NCBI GenBank assembly: GCA_977020255.1
Contig: CDROCS010004653.1
Location: 62,001 to 126,000 of the forward strand
Source of the DNA: Obrimoposthia wandeli
Lineage: Eukaryota
Direction of reading: 5' to 3'
Length of the DNA stretch: 64,000 nucleotides
The notes beneath the pieces were generated by a model. The model saw only the letters and a program-made list of their open reading frames with translations, ran no database searches and was not told the origin of the DNA. Below, in pieces: positions 11,331 to 21,247 of this stretch; position 1 is the first letter of the stretch; each line of letters starts with the position of its first letter. The position numbers were made by a program, and so were the translations under genes.

Positions 11331-12554
11331 TCATAACGCTGTAACTGCCGTGGTGATTCTTTTAATCGACTCTTGTACAGTGAAACGGCTACAGCCTAAA
11401 TTCACGCGCATAAAGCCGTGCCCTTCAAGGCCAAATTTCTGCCCTTTATCCAACCATACCCGTGCTTTAGTGAGCATAAATTTGTTTAAGGTTTCTGCAT
11501 CCATCCCTAAACCCCGACAATCCATCCATGCTAGATACAAAGACTCAGTAGGTAGTACTTTAATTTTAGTGGTGGCGTCATTGATACCGCTGGCGAACTG
11601 GGAGTGGTTTTGGCGTACATAGCTGAGCATTTCTTCTAGCCAAATTTCACCGTGAGTGTAAGCTGCTTCGGCTGCCACTGCACCCATCAAATTCACCAGT
11701 GGGAACATATTTCTTTCATATTGACGCGTTAATTCTTCGCGAATGCGGCGGTTGGGAATAAAAACATTAGCACATTGTAACCCTGGCAAATTGAAAGTTT
11801 TACTCGGTGCAGTACAGGTAATACTGTTTTGCGCAAAACTATCGCTAAGTGAAGCAAAAGGAATGTGTTTTTTATCTAAGCTCATAATCAAATCTTGGTG
11901 GATTTCATCACTCACCACCAGTACATCATGTTTGGCGCAGATTTCCCCCATCGATCTTAAATCTTCTTCTGACCAAACGTTACCCGTTGGATTATGCGGA
12001 TTACTGAGGATAAATATTCGGGTGTTATCAGTAATCGCCGCTTCAAACATCGCCTCGTTGAAACGATAGCCAGACTCAGTAAGCTCCAGCGGTGCGCAGG
12101 CTAAGTGGCGACCATTAAGTAGCATATCATCATGGAAATGCGCATAGACAGGCGGCTGAATCAGCACCGAGTCACCCGGTGCTGAAAATGCTTGAGCTAC
12201 TGTTTTAAGTGTGGTGATGATACCAGAAGCTTGCATGAGCCAATCTGGTGATACTTCCCAACCAAAACGTTTTGCCTGCCAATCTGTAATCGCTTTAGTG
12301 TAACTCTTGGTTGGCCCACCGCTATAACCAAATACTCCATGCTGCACCGCTTCGGTCAATGCTGAAATAACCGCAGGTGGCGCTTTAAAATCAGTGTCGG
12401 CGACCCACATCGGTAGCGGGTCTGCAGCACTCTCATCTGGTGTTAATAGCTTGCTAGCGTAATCCCACTTGATGGAATTGGTATTTTTTCGATCAATTAC
12501 TTCATCAAAAACGGAGCAGTCTTGTCTATTGCGGGCTATTACATCTGAATTCAT
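11331..12554 (-). CDS. MalY/PatB-family PLP enzyme (cystathionine beta-lyase-like)
   Basis: NSIKWD, PMWVADTDF, SNPHNPTG, VVSDEIHQDL, APSKTFNLPG. Confidence 0.92.
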   Translation of the reverse strand: MNSDVIARNRQDCSVFDEVIDRKNTNSIKWDYASKLLTPDESAADPLPMWVADTDFKAPPAVISALTEAVQHGVFGYSGGPTKSYTKAITDWQAKRFGWEVSPDWLMQASGIITTLKTVAQAFSAPGDSVLIQPPVYAHFHDDMLLNGRHLACAPLELTESGYRFNEAMFEAAITDNTRIFILSNPHNPTGNVWSEEDLRSMGEICAKHDVLVVSDEIHQDLIMSLDKKHIPFASLSDSFAQNSITCTAPSKTFNLPGLQCANVFIPNRRIREELTRQYERNMFPLVNLMGAVAAEAAYTHGEIWLEEMLSYVRQNHSQFASGINDATTKIKVLPTESLYLAWMDCRGLGMDAETLNKFMLTKARVWLDKGQKFGLEGHGFMRVNLGCSRFTVQESIKRITTAVTAL

Positions 12555-12836
12555 TAAGATTTCCTTAGCTGCTATTATTGGTTATTTTTATAAATATATA
12601 ATTGATACTAAAAGATAAAACTTAACGTTTCAATAGTTTGTACGCTATGTAAAATGCATACAAGTAAACGATAGCCCGTCAGCTATATCCCTTAACTAAG
12701 CTTTTTTTATTATGCGCCTTAAATAACGGGTAGCAATGAAATAGGATATTAAATTGCATCCAAGAGAGATTATTCGAGAACTACGACCGTAGTAAAAACC
12801 AAGTGATTTGAGTCAATTTTTTACGGCTAGTAAGCA

Positions 12837-13430
12837 TTAGTCCGCTAAGCTGGTGATGGCAATCCAAGGTTCTATATCACCCGCTAAACCGAGTGCTTCG
12901 CCCAATTCTATATGCTGTACATAAAACTGAGCATTGGCTAGTAAGTTACATAACTCTATTTGTGAATAGTAGCTATATAAGCGTCCTAATTTATCACGCT
13001 TGGAACCTGTGCCAAGCTTCATCGCTATATGAAACACACCCTTAGCTTTCAATGCTTGACGTAAGTTCGCCAAAATTTTAGGAAACTCTTCAACACTGGC
13101 ATGCAGCAAGCTGAAGTTAGCCCAAATACCGTGGTAGGTGTTAATCGCGTCAATGTCAGCAAAGGTTGCTTGCCTAGCACCTATATCAAAAGTGGAGTTG
13201 GCCAGTTTAACCATTTCCTGGGACGCATCAGTCGCATCCATGCGCAGCCCTTTCTCTCGCATAATGGCCGATGATTGAGCAGGTCCACAGCCTAAATCTA
13301 GTACTAAATCATTACTTTGAAGCCTTGCGATAAAATCTAGTAATATTTTATCGTCTGGCTGTTGTTGAATTGTTTTTGCATATTTTTCAACTTGTTCGTC
13401 ATAAACGCAAATAGTTTCATGGTCTGTCAT
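12837..13430 (-). CDS. Class I SAM-dependent methyltransferase
   Basis: VLDLGCGPA motif I, YHGIWANFSLLH; ATG 13430 has an AGGTG RBS (ORF track starts at GTG 13442). Confidence 0.85.
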   Translation of the reverse strand: MTDHETICVYDEQVEKYAKTIQQQPDDKILLDFIARLQSNDLVLDLGCGPAQSSAIMREKGLRMDATDASQEMVKLANSTFDIGARQATFADIDAINTYHGIWANFSLLHASVEEFPKILANLRQALKAKGVFHIAMKLGTGSKRDKLGRLYSYYSQIELCNLLANAQFYVQHIELGEALGLAGDIEPWIAITSLAD

Positions 13431-13624
13431 ATCTGAAAACACCTTTCGCTATAAATTACTAAGTTTGCAATTATCTAAATATACCTTATTACCTATGATT
13501 AATATCATACCTTTTTCTTTTTGAAAAAAGGTTAATTGCCTTTAAAAACGGCGTCTTGTGTGGCTATATTTCTATCTATTGTCTGTAGTGTACTGGCTAT
13601 TTTAGATTTCTTGAGCCCTTTGCT

Positions 13625-14017
13625 TTAACCCTGCAACGCTATGGTATGTTTGTGAGTAATACACACCAAGTATGCGATGACTATTGTTACTAAGTTTATC
13701 GTGACTGGGTTGAAAGCTTCAATTAATAGGCTTGGCATGATCAACATTACATCTAGTAATAACGCGAATAGCAATGCTATTGCCATATATATTGGGATGA
13801 GTGACTTTTTCAACACAATAATGCTCAGTGCAAGTATGATTTCAAATGCACCTGCAATTGGCGATATAACAGTAGCATCTAAGTGATGGGCATTGGTGAG
13901 CGCAGCTTCAACGGGACTCAGCCATAAAATTTTAGGGACTAAACCGTGATATGCAAAAACAAAAGCCAGTGAAAACCTGGCGATTGTGTTAATTTTTAAG
14001 AGTAATTTACTTTCCAT
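13625..14017 (-). CDS. DoxX-like family membrane protein
   Basis: YHGLVPKIL, AGAFEIILAL, FNPVTIN pattern; overlaps the DCC1 gene stop. Confidence 0.75.
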   Translation of the reverse strand: MESKLLLKINTIARFSLAFVFAYHGLVPKILWLSPVEAALTNAHHLDATVISPIAGAFEIILALSIIVLKKSLIPIYMAIALLFALLLDVMLIMPSLLIEAFNPVTINLVTIVIAYLVCITHKHTIALQG

Positions 14018-14450
14018 CTAAGTATCTTTTCTCGTGATCAGCAGTAGGCAAAGAGCAATAGTTGTATTTTCCAAATAACTTATATCTATTCAACGCAATT
14101 CGATCATACAGCCAGTTTCTTATGACCTTAGGGATAATTTTAAATAGTGTTATAAGCACCCAAGGCAAACCAAGCGTTGTCATAACGTAAAAGAAAGCAT
14201 CACTTTTTTCAAGACATTCACCACCCTTAACCACTAGCATTGTTTCATATACATCTGCTGGGTAGTTAAAGTGTTGTAGTAAGTCTCTACCTTCTTGGGA
14301 CTGGACACTAGCCAGTTTAAATTTGTGGTTTTTATCATGGCGAATAATAAAATTACTCCACGCATTACATAGCTTACAGACACCATCAAATAAGATAACT
14401 TTTTCATTTTCTGCTAAGTGTGGAGCTGACATTTTTATGCTATTTTTCAT
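14007..14450 (-). CDS. DCC1-like thiol-disulfide oxidoreductase (DUF393/YuxK)
   Basis: VILFDGVCKLCN (DxxCxxC), FASVQS-like KLASVQS, WLYDRIALNRYKLFG. Confidence 0.92.
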   Translation of the reverse strand: MKNSIKMSAPHLAENEKVILFDGVCKLCNAWSNFIIRHDKNHKFKLASVQSQEGRDLLQHFNYPADVYETMLVVKGGECLEKSDAFFYVMTTLGLPWVLITLFKIIPKVIRNWLYDRIALNRYKLFGKYNYCSLPTADHEKRYLDGK

Positions 14451-14541
14451 AAGTTAAGTATCGCTCCATGTTTTAAGAATGAGCTTAGCATCACATAATG
14501 TGAATACTCTTCATTGATGAGAGCTAGCAATCGCCAACTGC

Positions 14542-15015
14542 TTAAATAACGGTTTGAGAAACTAATTGTGCCGGCTTTTCAGCTCTTTTCATTGATCGTA
14601 TTTTAATCGCTTCAATCATTAGGAACAACAGTAAGCCCAGCGGCCCAACTAAAAAAGTAAGTAATAAGCATGGCAGTAAAACAATGTGAGGAATGCCAAT
14701 CTTCTTCGCTCTCTCTACTTGCCACGCGCCCAGAAATAGATCGAGTGCAAGAAAGTGTATCCAGCCGGTAAGAAGATGGCCCATATAGGAAAACCCATCG
14801 GCAACCCCTTCAAGAGATGAAAAATCTACTTTGGTCTCATGTCCCCATAAAGAAACTAACAAGTAAGTATAAATTAATGCCAGCACAATACTTATTATAC
14901 GTGCAACTAGAGTTAAAGGCGCGTGGCGCAGCGGAGAGAAAACTAACGCTCCCCAACCAATAAATGACAACACACCCACCGCTGAAAATATAATTTCATA
15001 GCTTATATTAAACAT
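14542..15015 (-). CDS. ABA4-like (DUF4281) membrane protein
   Basis: GWIHFLALDLFLG and CLLLTFLVGPLGLLL motifs; ATG at 15015 (or 15021) overlaps the MarR stop. Confidence 0.8.
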   Translation of the reverse strand: MFNISYEIIFSAVGVLSFIGWGALVFSPLRHAPLTLVARIISIVLALIYTYLLVSLWGHETKVDFSSLEGVADGFSYMGHLLTGWIHFLALDLFLGAWQVERAKKIGIPHIVLLPCLLLTFLVGPLGLLLFLMIEAIKIRSMKRAEKPAQLVSQTVI

Positions 15016-15448
15016 ATACATCTTTACCGATATATTTAAAAACATCTAGCCCATGCGTAAGACTATCTTCACTAACACCTTCTAATAACCGTCGACTTGT
15101 TTGCTTCATACTTAAAGTTGCATCACCAAATATCACCTCACCGGCAGCAGTTAGCTTAACTAAACTTACCCTTGCGTCTCGCAAGTTTCGCTCTTTAATC
15201 ACTAAGCCTATTTTCTCCATCGGAGAAACTAATCGAGTAATACCTGACGCGGTTAAACCTATATTATTGGCTAAATCAATACGCCTCATAGACTTGTTAT
15301 GGCTGTTATTAAGATGAAATAGAATCATATATTCGGTAAAACCTATGCCGTGCACGGCACCTAAACTCGCATCTAATTTTTTGGATATAATTGAATTAAC
15401 ACTCCACATGTTAATTACAAACGACATTTCCTTGGGTATATCTTGCAT
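15008..15448 (-). CDS. MarR-family transcriptional regulator
   Basis: MRRIDLANNIGLTASGITRLVSPMEKIGLV wHTH, DARVSLVKLT. Confidence 0.92.
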   Translation of the reverse strand: MQDIPKEMSFVINMWSVNSIISKKLDASLGAVHGIGFTEYMILFHLNNSHNKSMRRIDLANNIGLTASGITRLVSPMEKIGLVIKERNLRDARVSLVKLTAAGEVIFGDATLSMKQTSRRLLEGVSEDSLTHGLDVFKYIGKDVYV

Positions 15449-15473
15449 GTCACTTCCTCATTTGCTTGATTAT

Positions 15474-15491
15474 TACTTGATAAGTCAAGTA
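15474..15491. promoter_or_regulatory. Probable MarR operator
   Basis: TACTTGA-taag-TCAAGTA palindrome, extendable to 15467-15498 with two mismatches, 25 bp upstream of the marR start. Confidence 0.6.
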
Positions 15492-15631
15492 TTAGTCAAT
15501 CGTATTTGAAAGTCAATAAGTATGAGAAATTATTAATTTCGCCTTCGCACCCCTTCAATAAGATAATTTTATGCTGTTACAGGTATTATGTAGCAATCTA
15601 ATAGGCAAATTTAACAGTGTGTAAATGAAGA

Positions 15632-15910
15632 ATGACGATTGATTTAATAGACATAGCGAGTGAAGTAACCTGCTCAACCTGCAAAGCTAATTGTTGCCGC
15701 TTAGAGGTAATGCTTATTACCGATACGGGAGTACCTGAGAGGTTCATCGAATTCGATCAATGGGGTGGTAGTACTATGGCGCGTTTAGATGACGGCTGGT
15801 GTGCAGCGGTGGATCGAGATACTTTACTTTGCACTATTTATGATAAACGGCCATTGATCTGTCGCGAATTTGAAATGGGCGGCTATGAATGTATTGCAGA
15901 GCGAACTTAA
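15632..15910 (+). CDS. YkgJ-family cysteine-cluster protein (UPF0153, Zn/Fe-chelating)
   Basis: CSTCKANCC, GWCAAVD, LCTIYDKRPLICREFEMG. Confidence 0.9.
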   Translation: MTIDLIDIASEVTCSTCKANCCRLEVMLITDTGVPERFIEFDQWGGSTMARLDDGWCAAVDRDTLLCTIYDKRPLICREFEMGGYECIAERT

Positions 15911-16049
15911 GCTCATATTTAGCAAAAGACTGACTTGCCATCGATATAGGCTTTCATCGTTAAGTGGTTGCTAAGCCACTTTCAGCAAGTGAAAGCGTCG
16001 CTTTTCCTGTGGTTATTGTAAAAGGTCTAAGGGCTCATGATGCTGCTAC

Positions 16050-16859
16050 TCACTTACCTTGTTCTAATAATTTATCAACAACATCAGCAGCTAAGCCTTT
16101 AGCTAATCTTGAAAAATCACCTTCATTGAGTATTTGTGTAGCCGTATCATACATAGATTTTTGAATCTCTCGATAATTCGCTGAACCCAATGATATTCTC
16201 GCAACTCCCGCTGCACCAAATTGTTGAGTATTTAGCTTGGTCATAACACCGGCGGCCAGCACATTGACGGGTATTGAAACTGATTCACATACCCTTTTAA
16301 CTGACTCCAGATCAGGCAGTAAAGGTATGTAAACACAATCAGCCCCAGCCTTTTCGTAGGCTTTGATACGATTAATAGCTTCAGTCAGGTCATACGCGTT
16401 GTTCATTACTCCATCTGCTCTGGCAACTAGCATAAAATCAGTTGAGAGAGTTCGAGCAGTTGATACTGCGGCTTTTATTCGTTCGACGGCCAATTCAAAA
16501 TCATAGGCATCCATGCTTGGCAGCTGGGTATCTTCAATCGAAATACCTGCTAGCCCTATTTCTCCTGCCAGCTTTACCGTTTCACTCACCGTCTCTGGAT
16601 CGTCACCGAAGCCATTTTCGAAATCTCCTGAGACAGGCAGTTTAGTTGCTGAAACGATGTCTTGTGCGTGAGCCAGCATTTGATCTCGGCTAACGTGCCC
16701 CATATCAGGTTCACCCAGCGTGCTAGCAAAAGCGGCAGAAGAAGTGCCGATAGCTTTAGCGCCAAGCGCAGCATACATTCTGGCTGATCCTATATCCCAA
16801 GCATTGAATAAGATAAAGGGCTGCCCCGGATGATGTAATTCACGAAATGTTTTAGTCAT
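16050..16859 (-). CDS. Isocitrate lyase/PEP mutase family protein
   Basis: FRELHHPG, NAWDIGSA, TSSAA, VSGDFENGFG, SIEDT, ARAD, AYEKAGADCVY; ATG 16859 has a GGTG RBS. Confidence 0.9.
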   Translation of the reverse strand: MTKTFRELHHPGQPFILFNAWDIGSARMYAALGAKAIGTSSAAFASTLGEPDMGHVSRDQMLAHAQDIVSATKLPVSGDFENGFGDDPETVSETVKLAGEIGLAGISIEDTQLPSMDAYDFELAVERIKAAVSTARTLSTDFMLVARADGVMNNAYDLTEAINRIKAYEKAGADCVYIPLLPDLESVKRVCESVSIPVNVLAAGVMTKLNTQQFGAAGVARISLGSANYREIQKSMYDTATQILNEGDFSRLAKGLAADVVDKLLEQGK

Positions 16860-16989
16860 TTTATGCACCTTTAAATCAAATTGAATACATTCAGGTCAAC
16901 TGAAAAATCTACATATAGCATGAAGCATGTATTTGAAGATATATGGCGTATCTATTTTTAAAATCTAACAAAAAAGTTAATTCATACTC

Positions 16990-17361
16990 TTATCTAATAT
17001 TGCTCCTATAAACTATAATTATCAAAATGATAATAGGAAAGTTTTTAGTAATAGGTCCAAACGGGTGTAGCCAAAAACTGACATCGATAACCGTTAATAG
17101 CAATGTATAAATGCTAATAGCCAATATCTGTGCAATACAGCATAATCGAGTTTTGAAGCGAAAAAACAACCACAGACCGATAAAGATATCGAGTACGCCA
17201 CCCGCATAGATAAATAACGTTGCCAATTGCCCGGTAATAGCTGCCTTCTCTAATATTTCATAAGCTACTTTAGGGGCAAAAAATATCGATGTTAAACCAG
17301 TAAATACCCATAAAAATACCAAGCTATAAACTGCAAGCTTAATTAACAAAGCATGATTCAT
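16990..17361 (-). CDS. DoxX-like family membrane protein
   Basis: LWVFTGLTS, GGVLDIFIG, FWLHPFGPITKN signature. Confidence 0.8.
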   Translation of the reverse strand: MNHALLIKLAVYSLVFLWVFTGLTSIFFAPKVAYEILEKAAITGQLATLFIYAGGVLDIFIGLWLFFRFKTRLCCIAQILAISIYTLLLTVIDVSFWLHPFGPITKNFPIIILIIIVYRSNIR

Positions 17362-17370
17362 CAGTTTTCC

Positions 17371-17856
17371 TTACATCACTGGAAAAGGCTTAAAAACCAT
17401 TAACCAAAAAATAGCTAAAATTGCAGAAAAGGCTGGAATACCCAGTAACGTCCAGCGCTTCATTAGCAACTTAAATGTTGCACTCACTTCATTATGTGTG
17501 ACGGATTCTTTGGCTAGATCTCGCAGTTTATACTGTATTTTTAAAACGGGGATCCAACATAAACCGATAAAAGTTAACAGCCCCACAACCCAATAAAACC
17601 AAGGCGCAGTAAATGAATAGCCTCTAAGGTTCATCAACAACACTCCCGTTACTATTTGAGTAAGCACCGCTGGTGTTGTAAACAACCAATCACCAAGAAT
17701 AACATGTTCAGTGGTGATGTAGATGGCTTGTGGATTATTAGAGCGATAGGCCATAAACATAAAAAATGCGATGCCTGCACCCGTGCCGGTTACGACGACT
17801 GCCGCCAAAATATGAATTAATTTGATCGCTAAATAATATTCCATGTTTGCTAGCAT
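17371..17856 (-). CDS. DUF2269-family integral membrane protein
   Basis: KLIHILAAVVVTGTGAGIAFFM, DWLFTTPAV, CWIPV, WLMVFKP; alternative start 17844. Confidence 0.85.
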   Translation of the reverse strand: MLANMEYYLAIKLIHILAAVVVTGTGAGIAFFMFMAYRSNNPQAIYITTEHVILGDWLFTTPAVLTQIVTGVLLMNLRGYSFTAPWFYWVVGLLTFIGLCWIPVLKIQYKLRDLAKESVTHNEVSATFKLLMKRWTLLGIPAFSAILAIFWLMVFKPFPVM

Positions 17857-17937
17857 TCCGCATTAATAATTGATCAGTGGTGCTGGTTAAAACAGCCTAA
17901 AAGCTTTGCCTTTAATCCCAATAGCCTGTTATAGCCT

Positions 17938-19074
17938 TCAAGGCTCAAGAGTACCATCCTTAATTTGCTCAGTAGTATAAATACTCAATGCTGAAAAATA
18001 GGGCGAAAAGTCGTTCAGCCTAAGCAAACTAATACAGGGCTTTGCCCCGCTAATTCTAATGTCATCGTTGAGTAGTTTACGCGCTAAAATAATTGTCGAC
18101 AGCGTTGGAATGTAAGGTCCATTGCCATTTGGCGCATATAATGTCCATTTAACGTCATGGCTTTGACCATTACTTTTTAAGCCTGCTACCCGCACTTCCA
18201 TCGCTCCTTTATCTGTACCTAAGGATAAAAAACCGTTACTAGTAGCCATAATAACTTTGGAGAGCGGCGCCCAATTCCTGATCATGCCTTTTTTTGATAA
18301 ATACGCCATACCAACCATTACCCAGTGCAGCAATGACAGCTCTAATCCAGCCTGAAAACGAACGTCTTTTTTTACGTTATAATGTGCAGGAAATAATTCT
18401 AAATCGGGTACATCTACATTTGCCAAATGGCGCTTACCAACAATGCCACCAAAATCATTAGTACGTGAATTCATCCAGCCATAAACATTTTGCCAAGTTC
18501 CGTCTTTAAATACTTTAAGCGGGTGACCTGTATAAGACAGTATAGCTTGCACCGTCGCCAAGCCGCGCTCGGCCTTGTTACCTGGTGCAATGGCAATGTC
18601 GATAGAGCCAATAGTTGTAAACTGTGTTTTATAATGATCAATAATTGCTGACGATAAACCGGGAACTGAACTTGCACCACTCACTAACAGTACACCCTTA
18701 TCTTTAGCTTGCTGGTCAAGTGTTGATATGTCACATACAAAACGACGATCATCCGCTAAATCAATGTAATGGCAGCCACATGCGAGACAAGCCTGCGGCA
18801 CTCGATAATCCTGCCCTTGAAAAGGGCCACTAGTGTGAATCACAAGAAATGGGGATATTTTTTCTAATTGGGCTGAAAACTGCGTAGAAAATATGTCGAG
18901 TATCAATGATTGTAATTGAGCAGCGCAGTTCGAAGCTAATTCATTAATCAACGCCTGCGACTTATCGCCATTCCTGCCCGCTATATAAATAGTAATATTT
19001 GGAATTGTCGCCAAATTTTCAACGATTCGCTTACCAAAGTTTCCATATCCACCTAACACAATGACACTTTTCAC
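17938..19074 (-). CDS. Saccharopine dehydrogenase-like NAD(P)-binding oxidoreductase
   Basis: VIVLGGYGNFG, IHTSGPFQGQDY, HYIDLAD, SGASSVPGLSS; GTG 19074 with AAGGA RBS preferred over ORF start 19167. Confidence 0.85.
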   Translation of the reverse strand: MKSVIVLGGYGNFGKRIVENLATIPNITIYIAGRNGDKSQALINELASNCAAQLQSLILDIFSTQFSAQLEKISPFLVIHTSGPFQGQDYRVPQACLACGCHYIDLADDRRFVCDISTLDQQAKDKGVLLVSGASSVPGLSSAIIDHYKTQFTTIGSIDIAIAPGNKAERGLATVQAILSYTGHPLKVFKDGTWQNVYGWMNSRTNDFGGIVGKRHLANVDVPDLELFPAHYNVKKDVRFQAGLELSLLHWVMVGMAYLSKKGMIRNWAPLSKVIMATSNGFLSLGTDKGAMEVRVAGLKSNGQSHDVKWTLYAPNGNGPYIPTLSTIILARKLLNDDIRISGAKPCISLLRLNDFSPYFSALSIYTTEQIKDGTLEP

Positions 19075-19278
19075 TAAACTTTCCTTTTGTACGTAACTCA
19101 TTGAAAAAGTAGAGTAGAAGAATATATTATTTACTATCAATTTTACACAGTGATTCCAGCGCGGCACCCAGCTGCTACACTAAAACACTAGTGATCAGCC
19201 AAAAAAATAAGCTAGCACCTTGATGCTTCTAGGTTTATTTATACATTCAAAATAGATTTGTAACGATAGTTACCAATT

Positions 19279-19431
19279 CATTAGTGTCCGGTTTAATTTT
19301 TGTTGTTTTCTAACTCATTGATTTTACGCTAGCGACAAATACTATTTAGCTAAAAAACACCTATTTAACCATGATAGAAAACCACAAATCAATGAGTTAG
19401 AGGGCTTACATTTTTTAACCGGACAGCAATG
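19279..19431 (-). mobile_element. 153-bp MITE, copy A (IS4-like ends), with 9-bp target-site duplication
   Basis: TIRs cattagtgtccggtttaa / ttaaccggacagcaatg; flanked by ttaccaatt at 19270-19278 and 19432-19440; homologous to 23290-23441 and 50336-50488 in opposite orientation. Confidence 0.88.
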
Positions 19432-19814
19432 TTACCAATTAGTAGACTGCTTGTGGATAGCAAAGAGCAACTTAAGCTTACCCCTATTTCGCAGGCACGG
19501 ATAAACGAAGTGTTGGAAGTGTTAACGGGGTTGTGCAAGCTTTGATCGCCAGAAAGAAAGCCATCGACGAAATCGATAATTATGCTACTGCTTCGATCTT
19601 AAAGCTAAAAAACTACCATTCATTATAGTAAACGCAAATAATTGGGATCTGGCTTTTCCTTTTTATTTAAAGCAAAAACCAGCCCCTAATTACCATTTAC
19701 TTATGTGCGTATCAATTATTACTTAAAAGTTAACCTAAGCCATTATAAAGCCAAGGCTTGTTGAAAGCAGCGGGGGAAATTTAAGTTATTTCAGATGTTT
19801 TTTATGATCAATAA

Positions 19815-21005
19815 CTAAGCAATTGCGCCATGCGGATCTATTACATATTTTTTCGCCGCTCCACCGTCGAAATCAGCATAACCTTGAGGTGCTTGATCGA
19901 GTGAAATCATCTGCACATTCACTGCATCGGCAATGTTAACCTTATTGAAAAGTATCGCCTGCATGAGCGGACGCTGATAGCGCATCGCTGGGCATTGACC
20001 TGTGTGGAAGGAGTGAGACTTAGCCCAGCCTAAACCAAAACGCATGCTAAGCGCGCCCACTCTAGCGGCTTCATCTTGAGCACCTGGATCTTCTGTTACA
20101 TAAAGCCCTGGGATACCAATTTGGCCGCCAGCACGGGTAATTTGCATCGCCGAGTTAAGCACTGTAGCTGGCGCCTCTACCCCGTGATTACAGCCGCAGC
20201 CGTGTGCTTCAAAACCAACACAATCGACAAAAGCATCTACTTCACGCTCACCGAGGATAACTTCGAGCTTATCTTCCATCTCTCCTTCTTCGCGTAAATC
20301 AATTGTTTCACAGCCAAAACTTTTAGCTTGTGCCAATCGCTCCTCAATCATATCACCCACGATGACACATGCCGCGCCTAGTAACTGAGCCGAAACAGCA
20401 GCCGCGAGACCGACGGGACCTGCTCCTGCTATATAGACAGTGGAACCTGGGCCAACACCTGCTGTTACGCAACCGTGAAATCCTGTCGGGAAGATGTCAG
20501 ACAACAACGTTAAATCGCGAATTTTTTCCATTGCCTGATCTGAATTAGGAAACTTGAGCAAGTTAAAATCGGCATAAGGAACCATCACATATTCTGCTTG
20601 CCCACCTACCCATCCACCCATATCGACATAACCATAGGCTGCGCCTGGACGTGCCGGATTCACATTAAGGCAAATTCCAGTTAAGCCTTCTTTACAATTG
20701 CGGCAGCGTCCACAGGCAATATTAAAAGGTACTGAGACAATATCATCTACATTTAGAAACTCTACATCGCTGCCGCATTCAATGATTTGACCGGTAATTT
20801 CGTGTCCTAATACTAACCCTGGCTCAGCAGTCGTGCGACCGCGTACCATGTGCTGATCTGATCCACATATATTAGTGGTTAATACTTTTAAAATAACACC
20901 GTGATTACACTTGCGATTACCTATTGATAATGTCGGAAACGCTATACTTTCGACTGCTACTTTTCCTGGCCCCTTGAAAACGACTCCACGGTTACTGCTG
21001 CTCAT
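19815..21005 (-). CDS. fdhA: Glutathione-independent formaldehyde dehydrogenase (Pseudomonas FdhA type)
   Basis: NICGSDQHMVRGRT, GHEITG, ACGRCRNC, LSDIFPTGFHG, PGLYVTEDPG, GWAKSHSFHTGQ. Confidence 0.93.
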   Translation of the reverse strand: MSSSNRGVVFKGPGKVAVESIAFPTLSIGNRKCNHGVILKVLTTNICGSDQHMVRGRTTAEPGLVLGHEITGQIIECGSDVEFLNVDDIVSVPFNIACGRCRNCKEGLTGICLNVNPARPGAAYGYVDMGGWVGGQAEYVMVPYADFNLLKFPNSDQAMEKIRDLTLLSDIFPTGFHGCVTAGVGPGSTVYIAGAGPVGLAAAVSAQLLGAACVIVGDMIEERLAQAKSFGCETIDLREEGEMEDKLEVILGEREVDAFVDCVGFEAHGCGCNHGVEAPATVLNSAMQITRAGGQIGIPGLYVTEDPGAQDEAARVGALSMRFGLGWAKSHSFHTGQCPAMRYQRPLMQAILFNKVNIADAVNVQMISLDQAPQGYADFDGGAAKKYVIDPHGAIA

Positions 21006-21247
21006 TCTGGCTTTCCTATTGTTGGTTATACATATCGGGACTGGTAAATTAAAAGATATAGCTGTCTGGCTGACTTAAAGGCTGTATGTTCAACCGAATG
21101 GCATTTTACAATGCTCAGTTTTAGCCAAGTGTCAACGGCACATTCTGATAAAAGTGCGGCGTGCCGTTTCTCGTTATACTCGCTAATTAGATCAAATTTT
21201 TCTCTCTACTCAGTGCCTGTCATCGACGCTTTCGGGTCTGCTTTACC

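Noticed and set aside
19441-19660. Degenerate ORF fragments beside MITE A
   Set aside because: No recognisable motif; could be chance.
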